From a virus, in IMG/VR virus record IMGVR_UViG_3300017917_005124, positions 1-64,000 of that record: a stretch of DNA of 64,000 nt. One strand, given 5' to 3'. Positions 28,987 through 40,205 of this stretch are shown in pieces. Each line of letters begins with the position of its first letter. Within the stretch, counting starts at the first letter, position 1. The notes beneath the pieces were generated by a model that saw only the letters and a list, made by a program, of their open reading frames with translations, was not told where the DNA came from and ran no database searches. The translations under genes were made by a program, and so were the position numbers.

Positions 28987-30042
28987 ATGGATGAAGAAAA
29001 TTTTAATATTGAAAACTTTAAAGGTAGATTAGTTGATGATGATTTTTCAAAATCTATAAATGAATTAAAAGAAAAATTTGAAGAAAATACTGAAGAGGTT
29101 AGAAGATTATCTGCTTTAATCCATCAAGAAAAGCAAGATAAGCACATAGAAAGGCCTTTTGAGATGTTATTTATCCCATCACGAGGTTTATTTTATGAAT
29201 CAAAAGAAAACTACTTACTTTTAAATCAATTGACTTACATTGAGGAGAATCTCCTCACAAGTGAATTCCTTGTAGAGTCTGGAAAGGCTATGGAATTTGT
29301 TCTTAAGAATATTCTTGTTGAGCAGAATGTGAAGCCATCAGAATTATTAGCTGGAGACGTTCAAGCTATTGGCTTATTTCTTCGCTCGTTTGCATATGGA
29401 GATAAAATTGACTTAGAGTTTGATTGTCAAAATTGTGGATTTAAAGAGGAAGTTCCAGTTAGGCTATCATCTTTTCAAATGAAAGATATTATAGTTCCTC
29501 CAGAAAATGGTTTAATACCAATGCTTCTAGATGGAACAGAATTAGTATTTAGATTCAAGCCTCTTACTTATTTTGAAGATGTTGGAATGTCTAAGGCAAA
29601 AATAAGCAATATTGATAGGATAATATACATGACTAAATCCATAAATGGATGTGAAGATAAGAATGTAATAGCTCAGATAATAAAAAAATTAAAACTTCCT
29701 GAAATAAGGAGAGTTAAAAAATTTATTGAGAAGGCAATGCCAGGAGTTGATGCTGTTGTTAGGCATAATTGTAGTTCATGTGGAAGAATGAATGTATATA
29801 ATTTAGGAGGGGCTCATAGTTTCTTGTCATTCCCATCTTCGTTTAGAGAAAATGTTGAAGAAGAATGTTTTCTAGTGTCTTATTATGGAAAGGGAGTTAG
29901 TCTTGAGTATGCCAAGAAGATGTCTGTTACAGAAAGGCGTTGGCTACTAAATAGAATTAATGAAGAGCTTACTAAAAAGAGGGAAGCGGAAGAAAAATCT
30001 TACAGACAAGCTAAGGCTAAATCAAAGGGTAGAGGTAGGTGA
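28987..30042 (+). CDS. Second gp26-like baseplate hub protein with gp51-like C-terminal tail
   Basis: IPSRG, LTYIEENLL, GDVQAI, CQNC and CSSC; tail EECFLVSYY...KMSVTERRWLL. Confidence 0.65.
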   Translation: MDEENFNIENFKGRLVDDDFSKSINELKEKFEENTEEVRRLSALIHQEKQDKHIERPFEMLFIPSRGLFYESKENYLLLNQLTYIEENLLTSEFLVESGKAMEFVLKNILVEQNVKPSELLAGDVQAIGLFLRSFAYGDKIDLEFDCQNCGFKEEVPVRLSSFQMKDIIVPPENGLIPMLLDGTELVFRFKPLTYFEDVGMSKAKISNIDRIIYMTKSINGCEDKNVIAQIIKKLKLPEIRRVKKFIEKAMPGVDAVVRHNCSSCGRMNVYNLGGAHSFLSFPSSFRENVEEECFLVSYYGKGVSLEYAKKMSVTERRWLLNRINEELTKKREAEEKSYRQAKAKSKGRGR

Positions 30043-30084
30043 TATTTAAAAAAATGACCTATTTATTATAAAAGTGTTTTTGTA

Positions 30085-31587
30085 ATGGATAATCAAGATA
30101 AAAAACTTAAAAAATTAAGAGAAGATAGTAGTGAAATATTTAATGAACTATTTGGTTTTGGAAAAAAGAAGGATAATAGTAATATAAGTTATGAAAATAA
30201 TGATATAATTATAGATACACAACTTAGATTAATTATAAAAAAAACAAAAAGTACAATTGAAAAGCCTTTGCCTACTGCTGGTAAGTGGTCTCAATTGGAT
30301 TGGAATAACCCTGAAATAAATTGGCTTGAAGACGCTGAGTTTAAGGCTCAATCAGCATCTGTTAATAATGACCTAAAAATAGAACAGTTTAGAAATTGTA
30401 TTTGGCAGAGTGGCGATTTTAGAGGTGGTAAATTTATTGGAGGAGAATTTAATGGTGGAACATTTGTTGGTCAATTTGGTCCAGGAGCTAAGTGGAATGT
30501 AAGTCCATTTAATTTTATAGATGGTACAACCAAGGAGAATGAAACAATTCTAGGTCTTCCAAATATTACAAACTTAAATAAAGATAGATTTAAATTTAAT
30601 ATAATATCCGTGGTTCCAGGAAATGATATCATCATCAATTTATCAAATGGAATAACTCATAAGATTAGTGTAATAAAAAGGTTGGATGATAAAAATTCTT
30701 TTTTTTCATATAAGGTTACAAATGGGGTTAGTAAGGAAGAAAAAGTTATTAATGTTAGATGGAGTCAAATTAGAGGTCAAAATGCAACAGAGTTTCAAAA
30801 TAATGTCACATTTGGAACAAATATAATTCCAGGTGTTTTTACAAAATTTTTAATGCTACCATTCGAGGGAGCTGTAAAGAATGTTAAAATAGACTCAAGT
30901 ACAAATTTCGAGCAGCCACAGTGGTCGGAAAAAGAGGAGACACCAGCAGACCTATCTAAAAAACAAGTTAGCTATGAATTATCTAAGCTTCCACTTGGAA
31001 TACCTTCAATACCAAGGAAAGGGGAGGGAAAAAATACGATAGGCAGTGTCTATTTTAATTTTCCATCATCAGTAGAACAAAAGGGTTTTAATGATGTGGT
31101 GAAAGCTCTTGAAAAAAACTGGCTTAGCGCTTATATAAAAAAGGTTAAATCCGCTCTTGAAAATGGTGTTGTGAAGCAAATACCACCTCAGTATCCATAT
31201 TTATCTAATTTATTAAGTTCAAATAACATTTCAGAATCTCCTATAAAAAAAGCGGAACCATTACAGCCAGCCGCTCCAATTATTGACCAAGACACGCATA
31301 ATGCTATGTTAGGTATTGAGAATTTTTTAAAATACTTCGTTGGAACAATGGTTAGAAGGTTTAGGAAGTCTGGAGCTGAAAAAGGTCTATATGATGTAGA
31401 AGATACTGTTGGTAGAAGTGCAATAAAAAATAAGTTAAAATCATTGTTATTACCAACTTCAAGTCAACCAGTTAAATCAAAAAAAGTAAAAAAAAATACA
31501 CAACCTGCAGCGGTTAACAGACTTAATATACCTGAGTCAATAAATTTATTGGAGTCTATTAAAGATATTTTGTCAAAAAAAATGTAA
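30085..31587 (+). CDS. Hypothetical protein with short (xxGxF/W) pentapeptide run
   Basis: 500 aa; WQSGDFRGGKFIGGEFNGGTF. Confidence 0.6.
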   Translation: MDNQDKKLKKLREDSSEIFNELFGFGKKKDNSNISYENNDIIIDTQLRLIIKKTKSTIEKPLPTAGKWSQLDWNNPEINWLEDAEFKAQSASVNNDLKIEQFRNCIWQSGDFRGGKFIGGEFNGGTFVGQFGPGAKWNVSPFNFIDGTTKENETILGLPNITNLNKDRFKFNIISVVPGNDIIINLSNGITHKISVIKRLDDKNSFFSYKVTNGVSKEEKVINVRWSQIRGQNATEFQNNVTFGTNIIPGVFTKFLMLPFEGAVKNVKIDSSTNFEQPQWSEKEETPADLSKKQVSYELSKLPLGIPSIPRKGEGKNTIGSVYFNFPSSVEQKGFNDVVKALEKNWLSAYIKKVKSALENGVVKQIPPQYPYLSNLLSSNNISESPIKKAEPLQPAAPIIDQDTHNAMLGIENFLKYFVGTMVRRFRKSGAEKGLYDVEDTVGRSAIKNKLKSLLLPTSSQPVKSKKVKKNTQPAAVNRLNIPESINLLESIKDILSKKM

Positions 31588-31638
31588 CATTTTTAAATAT
31601 ATTGCGTATAATAAAAAAGAACCAATAAAAAAAATGTT

Positions 31639-32136
31639 ATGAACTCAGTTATTAAATTATTTCTTATCATATTAAAAGTTTTAAACTTTTTACTTTTTGT
31701 AATGCCAAGTAGATTTTCTCTCTTGGTTTTGTTTGGCTACAATTTTGCTATTTACTTATACTTTGGAGCTTGGAGTATAGAGACAGTTCAACAAACTCTG
31801 GGATATGATTCTATTGCCTATAAGCTATTTCTTTTGTTTGTAGAATTTCCAATTTTCTGGTCATTTATATGTTGTTTCGCAGACGCAAAGATGGCCTCAA
31901 GTCACAGAGCTGGGACAATAAGTTCAGCGCTTGATAGTGCAATTGCATATAGAAACGGTCAAATGAGTAATAAAACTCCGCAGAAGGCTTTTGATATTTT
32001 AAGAAAAACTTCTAATTTAGACGTTATGAAGGCAAATGAAAATAACCCAACATTTGAACAGGCTATAATGGGTTTTAATGCAAAGTACGGCAATTCAAGT
32101 CCTACAAAAGTCTTTAATGAGTTTACAAAAAAATAA
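31639..32136 (+). CDS. Hypothetical membrane protein
   Basis: Three hydrophobic segments in the N-terminal half. Confidence 0.6.
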   Translation: MNSVIKLFLIILKVLNFLLFVMPSRFSLLVLFGYNFAIYLYFGAWSIETVQQTLGYDSIAYKLFLLFVEFPIFWSFICCFADAKMASSHRAGTISSALDSAIAYRNGQMSNKTPQKAFDILRKTSNLDVMKANENNPTFEQAIMGFNAKYGNSSPTKVFNEFTKK

Positions 32137-32155
32137 AAATAATAATATATAAGTT

Positions 32156-32189
32156 AAAAGTCACCTTTAATTTGGGTGGCTTTTTTTTT
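32156..32189 (+). terminator. Intrinsic terminator
   Basis: GTCACC-loop-GGTGGC followed by T9. Confidence 0.7.
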
Positions 32190-32218
32190 ATTCTTTATTT
32201 ATTAATAAAGAATAAAAT

Positions 32219-35200
32219 ATGGCTGATAATATGGATGAAAACATCAAGAAGGCAAAAGCCTATAAAGATAGTCTTGATGCAATTAATAAATCAATAGAGA
32301 CTCAGACAAGTAGATTTGGAACATTGGCTAACGAGGTGGGTATTGCATTCGGTGCATGGAATTCTCAAACAAAAAAAACTCAAGCTGATAGACTTGAAGA
32401 GATTAGATTAACAGAAGAAGCTACAAAATCAGTAAAAAGTCAGTCAGATGTAGTTCAAGGTCTGATTAATGCTGAGCTTAAATTAGGTGATGCTTTTAAG
32501 AAAAATAAGACAAGTGCTGAAATGTTTTCAGATGTATTATCTTCTCTTAATGCTGGAGACTTAGCTGGTCAATATTCTAATATAAACGACATTCAAAAAA
32601 AGATTTATGAGCTTGAAAAGGATAAAAAAGATTTAAGTTCTGAACAGTTAGATGAGTTAGAAAAGTTAAGTGGTATATCTAAAAAATATAGAGAAGAGAC
32701 AGAAGATTTTAATAAAAAAAATGAAAAGAATTTTGAAGAATGGCTTGAGACAAATGAAAAGATACAAGACATTTTTGAAAACCTACCAGATAAATTAAAT
32801 TCAACTGCTGAAAAAATGGAGTTCATCAAAAACCTTCAAGAAAGAGGTGCTGATGAGGCCGAGAGACTTGTAGCAGCAGGTATAATAACAAACGAAGCTG
32901 CTCAAAAACTATTGGGTGAAACTCAGAAATTAGTAGAATATAGAGAGACTTTGTCTGATTTACAAGCGGAGTCAGCGAATCAATTAAAGACTGAAACTAG
33001 TTTACTTAAAAGAATAGGTAATGTGGCTAAGGATAATTCTGAAAACGCATTTAAGGGTATTTATGATAGCATGAAGGAAACTAATCAAGCTATTAAAGAT
33101 GCACAAAGAGATTTTGGTACTTCATTTGATGGCATGAGTGTTCAGATGGCTGGATTAACAAGTGAGGCTGCAAGATTTGGTATGTCAACAAAAGACACTG
33201 TACAAATGATGGGTCAACTTGGTGATGAACTTAAGACAACTGATACAAAATATTTAGCATCAGCAACTGAACATTTTGTCGCAATTCAGAAGGCAACTGG
33301 TATTTCTTCAGAAGAAGTTACAACAATTGCTGGAGAGATGATGCGTGCTGGTAAGTCTGCTGAACAAGTTGAAGGATTTATGGATGAATCTAATAAGATT
33401 GCAAAGAAATTTGGCGTAAACACCAAGAAAGTGCTACAAGGTGTTTCTAGGAACGTTGATAAGATGCGTCAAATGGGCTTTCAAGGAGGAGAAGAATCAT
33501 TAGCAAGAATGGCTGCAAGAGCAGAGAGGCTTAATATGGATATGGATGAAATGTTCGATGTTGCTAAAAAGGCCAGAAACATAGAGGGTGCTATGGAAAT
33601 GGCATCTGAACTTCAACTTGCAGGAGGTTCTTTTGCTAACATAAATCCTATGGACTTATTATCTGCGGCAAGAAAAGGTCCTGAAGAACTTCAAAAGATA
33701 CTAACTCAGATGGGTGGAGATATCGGTAATTTCAATAAAGAGACTGGGGAACTTGAGTTTGATGCTGTTGATTCAGATAGGCTTCAGATGGTCGCTGATG
33801 CCACTGGTCAAACAGTTGACTCAATACAAAAAGGCCTTCAAAAGGCAGCTGCAGATAATGCTAAGCTTGATGTTCTTGGTCTTGACTCATCTATTGGTGA
33901 AGACGCTAAGAATTTCTTAACAGACATGACAACAATGAAAGATGGTCAATTGGAGGTTAGTCCTGAATTGTCAGATTTAGCATCTGGTGCTGGTATAGAT
34001 ATCTCAAATGTTGATGACCTTAAGAATTTGAGTGAAGAAGATACAAAGAAATTAATGGCAGCTAAGGCTGATAAAGAAAAGTCAATTGAGGAGCAAGCTT
34101 TGGCAAATCAGTCTTTTGAAGAAAGTATGAAAGCTTTTAAAGATTCAGTTATGAGTTTGTTTACTGTATTTCAGCCATTTTTAGATGGAATAACTGGGTT
34201 TATTCAAGGTTTAACAAAATTTGGACCTGTAGGTCAAATTTTGGGGGCTGCAATTGTTGGGCTTGTTGCATTTGGTCCGAAAATAATAGGAGGATTTCAA
34301 ACGTTTAGAGATTCAGCTAGTTCTGTTGTTGATGGGTTTAAAGGATTTGCATCTGGATTAAAAAATGGAGAAGGGTTTTTAGGAAAAGTAAAAGGTGGAT
34401 TAAGTGGTGCTTTTGGTAAAAAAGAAGCTCTTCCAGGCGCAGATAGTAAGGATGCTACTCCTGGGAAAAGTGGAGGAGGTCTTCAATCTCTTGCTGAGGG
34501 CCTTAAGGCTATGGGTGACCCTAAAGTATTTGCTGGTATTGGTGCTGTTGCACTTGCTGCTCCAGCACTTGTATTAATGCTTGCAGGAATTCCAACTCTC
34601 CTTCTTATGGCGGGAGTTGGAGCATTAGGTAAGCTTGTTGAGGCTGGATTCAAGGCAACGGCAAGTGGTATATCAGCAATGGGAGAAGCTAAGGGTGTTC
34701 TTAAGGGGGCACTCGCAATGGTTATTGTTGGAGCATCACTAATTCCATTTGCACTTGCGCTCCAGATGATGGCATCAGTTGAGTGGTCTACGATAGGTAT
34801 GATGGTAGTTGGTATTGTTGCTCTTGCTGGAATAACTGCTTTACTAGGGTTTATTGCACCACTAATGCTTATGGGGGCACTTGCTCTAGCGGCATCTAGT
34901 GTTGGTTTATTGGTTTTTAGTGCAGCAATAATGGTATTTGCAACTGCATCTCAGATGATGCAAGGAATATCTTTTGATTGGCTTGGAGACCTGGGATGGA
35001 ATCTACTTGTTGCATCTCCTGGATTGTTGCTAGGAGGTCTTGCACTTATGGTTGCTGCCCCAGCTCTTATTTTAGGTTCACTTGGATTAATGGCACTTGG
35101 AGTTGCAGCACAGGCCCTTTCTGGAATTGATTGGACTACATTTTCAGGTATAGGACCAGCACTATCAAGTCTATCATTGGGTCTTATTGCATTTTCTCTT

Positions 35201-35608
35201 GCTGGACTTGTTTTTGCAAATCCTATAACTCTACTTGGGATGCTTTTAATGATTGGAAATCTTGGAATGCTTGCTGCAATAATGGCTCCACTTTCTTTAT
35301 CCTTAAATTCTGGAGCAGATGGTCTTGAGAGATTTTCTGATGGATTAACAAAGCTTCAAGCTGCAGCAAATAGTCTTGATTTTGAAAGACTTGAGGCACT
35401 TAAGGAGTTGTCTGTTGGTATGGCTTCTGGAAGTGGTGGAGGCATAGGTGGAGAAATACAGAAGATAGCTGAAGCCCTCGCTGCATTGACAAACAATTCT
35501 GGAGGAAATGGAAAAGGTGGCGGAAATAAGAAGATTGAGATTGATTTAAAGTTGAACGGGAGGAGAGTGCAAGAAATTTTGATTGATGACACATCAATCG
35601 TGTCATAA
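32219..35608 (+). CDS. Tail tape measure protein
   Basis: 1129 aa; helical Ala/Gly-rich with a long hydrophobic C-terminal third; ends IEIDLKLNGRRV; tail/baseplate context. Confidence 0.8.
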   Translation: MADNMDENIKKAKAYKDSLDAINKSIETQTSRFGTLANEVGIAFGAWNSQTKKTQADRLEEIRLTEEATKSVKSQSDVVQGLINAELKLGDAFKKNKTSAEMFSDVLSSLNAGDLAGQYSNINDIQKKIYELEKDKKDLSSEQLDELEKLSGISKKYREETEDFNKKNEKNFEEWLETNEKIQDIFENLPDKLNSTAEKMEFIKNLQERGADEAERLVAAGIITNEAAQKLLGETQKLVEYRETLSDLQAESANQLKTETSLLKRIGNVAKDNSENAFKGIYDSMKETNQAIKDAQRDFGTSFDGMSVQMAGLTSEAARFGMSTKDTVQMMGQLGDELKTTDTKYLASATEHFVAIQKATGISSEEVTTIAGEMMRAGKSAEQVEGFMDESNKIAKKFGVNTKKVLQGVSRNVDKMRQMGFQGGEESLARMAARAERLNMDMDEMFDVAKKARNIEGAMEMASELQLAGGSFANINPMDLLSAARKGPEELQKILTQMGGDIGNFNKETGELEFDAVDSDRLQMVADATGQTVDSIQKGLQKAAADNAKLDVLGLDSSIGEDAKNFLTDMTTMKDGQLEVSPELSDLASGAGIDISNVDDLKNLSEEDTKKLMAAKADKEKSIEEQALANQSFEESMKAFKDSVMSLFTVFQPFLDGITGFIQGLTKFGPVGQILGAAIVGLVAFGPKIIGGFQTFRDSASSVVDGFKGFASGLKNGEGFLGKVKGGLSGAFGKKEALPGADSKDATPGKSGGGLQSLAEGLKAMGDPKVFAGIGAVALAAPALVLMLAGIPTLLLMAGVGALGKLVEAGFKATASGISAMGEAKGVLKGALAMVIVGASLIPFALALQMMASVEWSTIGMMVVGIVALAGITALLGFIAPLMLMGALALAASSVGLLVFSAAIMVFATASQMMQGISFDWLGDLGWNLLVASPGLLLGGLALMVAAPALILGSLGLMALGVAAQALSGIDWTTFSGIGPALSSLSLGLIAFSLAGLVFANPITLLGMLLMIGNLGMLAAIMAPLSLSLNSGADGLERFSDGLTKLQAAANSLDFERLEALKELSVGMASGSGGGIGGEIQKIAEALAALTNNSGGNGKGGGNKKIEIDLKLNGRRVQEILIDDTSIVS

Positions 35609-35781
35609 AAATTATTTTAATTTTTATTGATAAATAATGTATAATTTAGGAGCTATTACTTCTATTGCATGATTATATAATTTTTCAACCAACTCTTTGT
35701 TTATGCAAAATGTTAAATTTTTTAAAATATAATTTTGTTTATATTTTTTTTTATATTATTATTTATAATAAACTATAATTA

Positions 35782-38700
35782 ATGGAAGATAGGTTCCCAC
35801 TTTTTGACCCAAATGATGATGCCGCAAGACAGGAAGAAAAACTTAGGTCATATTACGAAGAATTTTCTGCAAACGCAAGAAAAAGACTTATTTCTAAGAC
35901 AATAATTAGACCAACAACTGTTTATGATATTTTATATCCTCAAACAAGAAACGAATTATTGTCTAAGAATATTCCATTTAATACAAATCTTGAGGAAGAT
36001 TCTAAGTTAATAAGAGATAGACAGATTTCTAAGTTAATAGAAGGTCAAAGAGATGTTGATAAGCAAGCTGATGATTTTAGAAAATCATTGCTTGCTAGAA
36101 ATAAGATTCATGAAGATAATGAAAAATTATTGAGAGATTCAGAATCTTTTAGGGAAAATTTATTATCAAAAAATAACCCAATAAGCTCAAATGTAGAAAA
36201 AGATTCTGAATTTATTAGAAATAATAACCTTTCTAAAAATAGAATTAACTTATCTTCTAGTGATGATATGAGTGAGAAAAGTTCTTCATATAGAGCAAAA
36301 AACTCATCAAGAAATGTAGATAAAGAACAAGATTTGCTTAAGTACAGTGAAGAAATAAGAAATCAATTTAGAAAAAATGATATTCACAAAAATGTTTCTA
36401 GTGAATATAAAATTGAAAAAGAGTCAGAGGTATTTAGGAGAAATAATTTAAATAAAAATTCAAGTATCAAATTAAATAATATTGATAAGTTATCGAGTGA
36501 TAAAAGACAGCAGGAGCTATCAAAAAATGCTACAAAAAAAATAAATCTTGAAGAGTTTTCTAAGGATTTTAGGAGCTCAGATATCTCAAAAAATAATGGT
36601 ATTGAATTTGATTTACTTAAATATTCTGAAGATATAAGAAATCAGTTTAGAAAAAATGATATAAATAAAAATTCATATAAAAAAAATGATTTAGAAAAAG
36701 AAAGTAATTTTTTTAGAAAAAATAACACATCTAAAAATGTCAATGACAATAGTGACTTAGAAAAAGATTCTGAAATTTATAGAAATAGTAATTTATCAAA
36801 AAATACAAATGATTCTAATAATTTAAACATAGAAGATATAGCTTCCGAGAGAAGGGGTGATAATTTATCTAAAAATAAAAATAAGAAGATAGATTTAGAA
36901 AATTACTCCATAAACTTTAGAAAGGAGGATATGTCTCTTAATACTTCGAAAATAAGCGACATAGAGAGTGAATCTAAATTATATAGAAGTGATGAACTTT
37001 CAAAGAATAAAACTAAATCTGGAAATTTAGAGATAGACTCTATTCCATTTAGAGAATCTGACCTTTCATTTAATAAATTTAAAAAAACTAATCTAGAAGA
37101 GGACTCAAAAGATTTTAGAAATGAAGATTTGTCTAAAAATAAAAATAAGAAGATAGACCTTGATGTATATTCTGTTGATTTTAGAAAAGAAGATTTGTCG
37201 CTAAATAAGCCGAAATTCAGCGACCTAGAAAAAGACTCTACTCCATTTAGAAATAGCGACCTTTCATTTAATAAGCCGAAATTCAGCGACCTAGAAAAAG
37301 ACTCTGTGTCATTTAGAAATAGCGACCTTTCATTTAATAAGCCGAAATTCAGCGACCTAGAAAAAGACTCTGTGTCATTCAGGGAAGATGACCTTTCATT
37401 TAATAAGCCGAAGCTAAGTAATTTGGAAGTTGACTCAGTTCCATTCAGGGAAGGTGACCTTTCATTTAATAAGCCGAAGTTAAGTAATTTGGAAGTTGAC
37501 TCAGTTCCATTCAGGGAAGGTGACCTTTTATTTAATAAGCCGAAATTTAGCGACCTAGAAAAGGATTCAACGCCTTATTTGTATAATAATTTATCATCAA
37601 ATGTTCCTAAGTTTAGCGACTTAGAAAAAGATTCTGTTCCATTTAGAGAAGATGACTTATCATCAAATGTTCCAAGTTATTTGGATTTATTTGTTTACTC
37701 AAATGATTTTAGGAATGATAATTTATCATCAAATGTTCCTACTACTGGTGATTTATTAACAGACTCAGTTCCGTTTAGAAATAGTGACTTAGCAAATAAT
37801 ACTCCAAGTGTATCAAATATAGCTTCTGATTCAGTTGATTTTAGAAAAGATTTACTTTCTAAAAATAAACCTTTTATAACTGACCTACTTTCTGACTCTT
37901 CTTCATTTAGGGATGATGCTAAATCCAAAAACAATGGCTTTGGATTGCTTGGTGTAAATATTCAAGGAGCTGGAACAAAAGCATTTCTAGGTATTTCTAG
38001 AGTTTTTACTCAAGGTATTTTAGTTAGGCAATTACTTTTTTCAAAGAATAAATCAAAAAATCAAAACTTATTGCTTGATTCAGAGATTCCAAGAAGTAAT
38101 AATATAAGAGTTAATAGATGGAATTTAAATGGTAATGCATATGACTCAACTTCAGAAAATTATGTACTTGCAGATATTATGCAAGGACCATTTAATGGTA
38201 AGATAGTTGATTATTCTAGAATTAGCAACACTAATTCACCGACAGCAAATGCTATTTTTGCGAATGATAATTATATTATAAATGTTGGTGCAAATTTGCA
38301 ATTACTTTATGGTACTTCTAATTCTATCGGCACTCCTTTACCTGGAACAAACAATAAAATGGACTTTCCAAGAGGTAGAAAAGATAGAAAAATAAATAAT
38401 GGTGTTTTTTCTGTTGACTCTTTAAATCCAAAGGGTGGCTGGTTCGGCCCTTCTACATATAATAGAAATACTTGGATTGATTTTTTACAAGGAGGTGTAA
38501 CCAGTGATATAAGAGCTTATAACCAACAAAGAAATGCTTTTAATTTATACGGATATCAACCTGGAAACCCTAATACTATACAAAAACTTAAGAGTTATAC
38601 ACAAGATGGATTTCAAGATTTAATAAGTTTAACTATAGGTGATTTTAGTGCAGACTTCCAATCAAGAACTTTAACAACTCCTAATTCTGTAATACAAAGC

Positions 38701-40143
38701 AATAAGGGAGCTTATTATGATGGTGGAAATTCTGATATTGATATATTAAGGCCAACAGCTTCTGGTGTAGAAATCGGTTCTGCCGAATCTATGATGGCCA
38801 AGACTGTGATAGGAAACCCGTTTCAAGATAAAGATTTCTTAGAGGGAAGAAGAGGGGTTAGGCATATAGTTGATACAATTAAAAAGAGCGACATTCCTCT
38901 TGCTAAAAACTATGACCCACAAAATAACAGAGCCTATATAACTGGGTTAAATAAAGATGGTTCTGCAAAGATATCAAGACAAAGATTTACTATTGCAAAT
39001 CCATATGCTCCTGGTAATTCTGGTAAATTAATATTTTTTATAAAAAATTATTCTAGTGGGGACCAGTTTTATTTCCCTCCATATATTAAGAGTATCTCAA
39101 ATACGGAGAGTGCTAATTGGAATTCTACAAATTTTCTAGGAAGACCAGAGGCTATGTATACATATAATAATTCAAGTAGAGAAGCGTCTATTTCTTTTTA
39201 TGTATTAACTGATTATACTCAAAGGGTTGATATAGGAAGGGATTGGGAATCTGAGTCTATGAATAAATTGTCAGTTAACATTAGTGGTCATTTTACTACA
39301 ACTGATGTTTCTGAAAATAAAAAAAGAAAACTAAAAGAACAGGAGCTTAATAAATTAAAGCAGGAACAAACAAAAAATATATCTGAATCTAAAAAAAAGC
39401 TAGAAGAAAATTCTAATCAAATAGATAATATAAAATCGAAAACAAAAGAAATAGATGGTAATGGAAATGTTAACGAACAAGTAAAAGAAGAAAAAAATAA
39501 AGAAAAACAAGAAGAGCGTCAAGAAAAATTAAATAAGTTAGAGACAGAAACAGCTGCCTTAAGTGAACAAATAAAAAATCAACAAAAAGAATTAAGTAGT
39601 GTAAGTGAAAAAATAGGGACAACAACGGGAAATTTTAATAGATTAACAAATTACTCCACATCAAATAATGTTGGTAAAAATGTTTATGGTTTAAATATAA
39701 ATGATTTACAACGAAATGGAAGTGAAATAGTAAGTAAGCCAGAAGAAACGGTAAAACGTATAAATACTATGAAATCTAATTTAATGTTTCAACCTGCTTA
39801 TTTTTCTGGTGACAAGATTGATTTTGTTAGAAAAATAGAATTTTTATCAAAACTCACAAGACCTTCAGCAAATGATGATGGTTCAAATACTGGTTTCTCA
39901 TTTATAAAACCACCAATTTGTCACATACATCTTGGTGATTGGTGGAATCATGACATAGTTGTTAATAGTGTCAGTTATGATTATGCAGATGCTCCATGGA
40001 CTTTGGATGAGGGTAGAGTGCAGCCAATGTGGGCTCTTGTTACTATAAGTTTTAATGTCATTGGACCATTTAAGGCACATAATTCTAGACCACCACTCTC
40101 AACTGACCCTGGAGGAATGTTTAGTCCTATTAATGGACTTTAA
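35782..40143 (+). CDS. Tail/baseplate protein: long 22-aa repeat region plus tube-initiator-like C-terminal domain
   Basis: FPPYIKSISNTESANWNSTNFLGRPEAMYTYNNSSR...PPICHIHLGDW...PMWALVTISFNVIG. Confidence 0.6.
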   Translation: MEDRFPLFDPNDDAARQEEKLRSYYEEFSANARKRLISKTIIRPTTVYDILYPQTRNELLSKNIPFNTNLEEDSKLIRDRQISKLIEGQRDVDKQADDFRKSLLARNKIHEDNEKLLRDSESFRENLLSKNNPISSNVEKDSEFIRNNNLSKNRINLSSSDDMSEKSSSYRAKNSSRNVDKEQDLLKYSEEIRNQFRKNDIHKNVSSEYKIEKESEVFRRNNLNKNSSIKLNNIDKLSSDKRQQELSKNATKKINLEEFSKDFRSSDISKNNGIEFDLLKYSEDIRNQFRKNDINKNSYKKNDLEKESNFFRKNNTSKNVNDNSDLEKDSEIYRNSNLSKNTNDSNNLNIEDIASERRGDNLSKNKNKKIDLENYSINFRKEDMSLNTSKISDIESESKLYRSDELSKNKTKSGNLEIDSIPFRESDLSFNKFKKTNLEEDSKDFRNEDLSKNKNKKIDLDVYSVDFRKEDLSLNKPKFSDLEKDSTPFRNSDLSFNKPKFSDLEKDSVSFRNSDLSFNKPKFSDLEKDSVSFREDDLSFNKPKLSNLEVDSVPFREGDLSFNKPKLSNLEVDSVPFREGDLLFNKPKFSDLEKDSTPYLYNNLSSNVPKFSDLEKDSVPFREDDLSSNVPSYLDLFVYSNDFRNDNLSSNVPTTGDLLTDSVPFRNSDLANNTPSVSNIASDSVDFRKDLLSKNKPFITDLLSDSSSFRDDAKSKNNGFGLLGVNIQGAGTKAFLGISRVFTQGILVRQLLFSKNKSKNQNLLLDSEIPRSNNIRVNRWNLNGNAYDSTSENYVLADIMQGPFNGKIVDYSRISNTNSPTANAIFANDNYIINVGANLQLLYGTSNSIGTPLPGTNNKMDFPRGRKDRKINNGVFSVDSLNPKGGWFGPSTYNRNTWIDFLQGGVTSDIRAYNQQRNAFNLYGYQPGNPNTIQKLKSYTQDGFQDLISLTIGDFSADFQSRTLTTPNSVIQSNKGAYYDGGNSDIDILRPTASGVEIGSAESMMAKTVIGNPFQDKDFLEGRRGVRHIVDTIKKSDIPLAKNYDPQNNRAYITGLNKDGSAKISRQRFTIANPYAPGNSGKLIFFIKNYSSGDQFYFPPYIKSISNTESANWNSTNFLGRPEAMYTYNNSSREASISFYVLTDYTQRVDIGRDWESESMNKLSVNISGHFTTTDVSENKKRKLKEQELNKLKQEQTKNISESKKKLEENSNQIDNIKSKTKEIDGNGNVNEQVKEEKNKEKQEERQEKLNKLETETAALSEQIKNQQKELSSVSEKIGTTTGNFNRLTNYSTSNNVGKNVYGLNINDLQRNGSEIVSKPEETVKRINTMKSNLMFQPAYFSGDKIDFVRKIEFLSKLTRPSANDDGSNTGFSFIKPPICHIHLGDWWNHDIVVNSVSYDYADAPWTLDEGRVQPMWALVTISFNVIGPFKAHNSRPPLSTDPGGMFSPINGL
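37204..37570 (+). repeat. 66-nt coding tandem repeat (NKPKFSDLEKDSxPFRxxDLSF)
   Basis: Units start at 37204, 37270, 37336, 37402, 37468 and 37534; degenerate copies extend over about 35930-38100. Confidence 0.9.
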
Positions 40144-40205
40144 ATTCTTTAATTATTTGTATTTAACATTTTTAATTCTTATTATTTATATTAAAACATA
40201 ATAAT

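Noticed and set aside
37204-37570. CRISPR array
   Set aside because: In-frame 66-nt coding repeats with no unique spacers and no cas genes.
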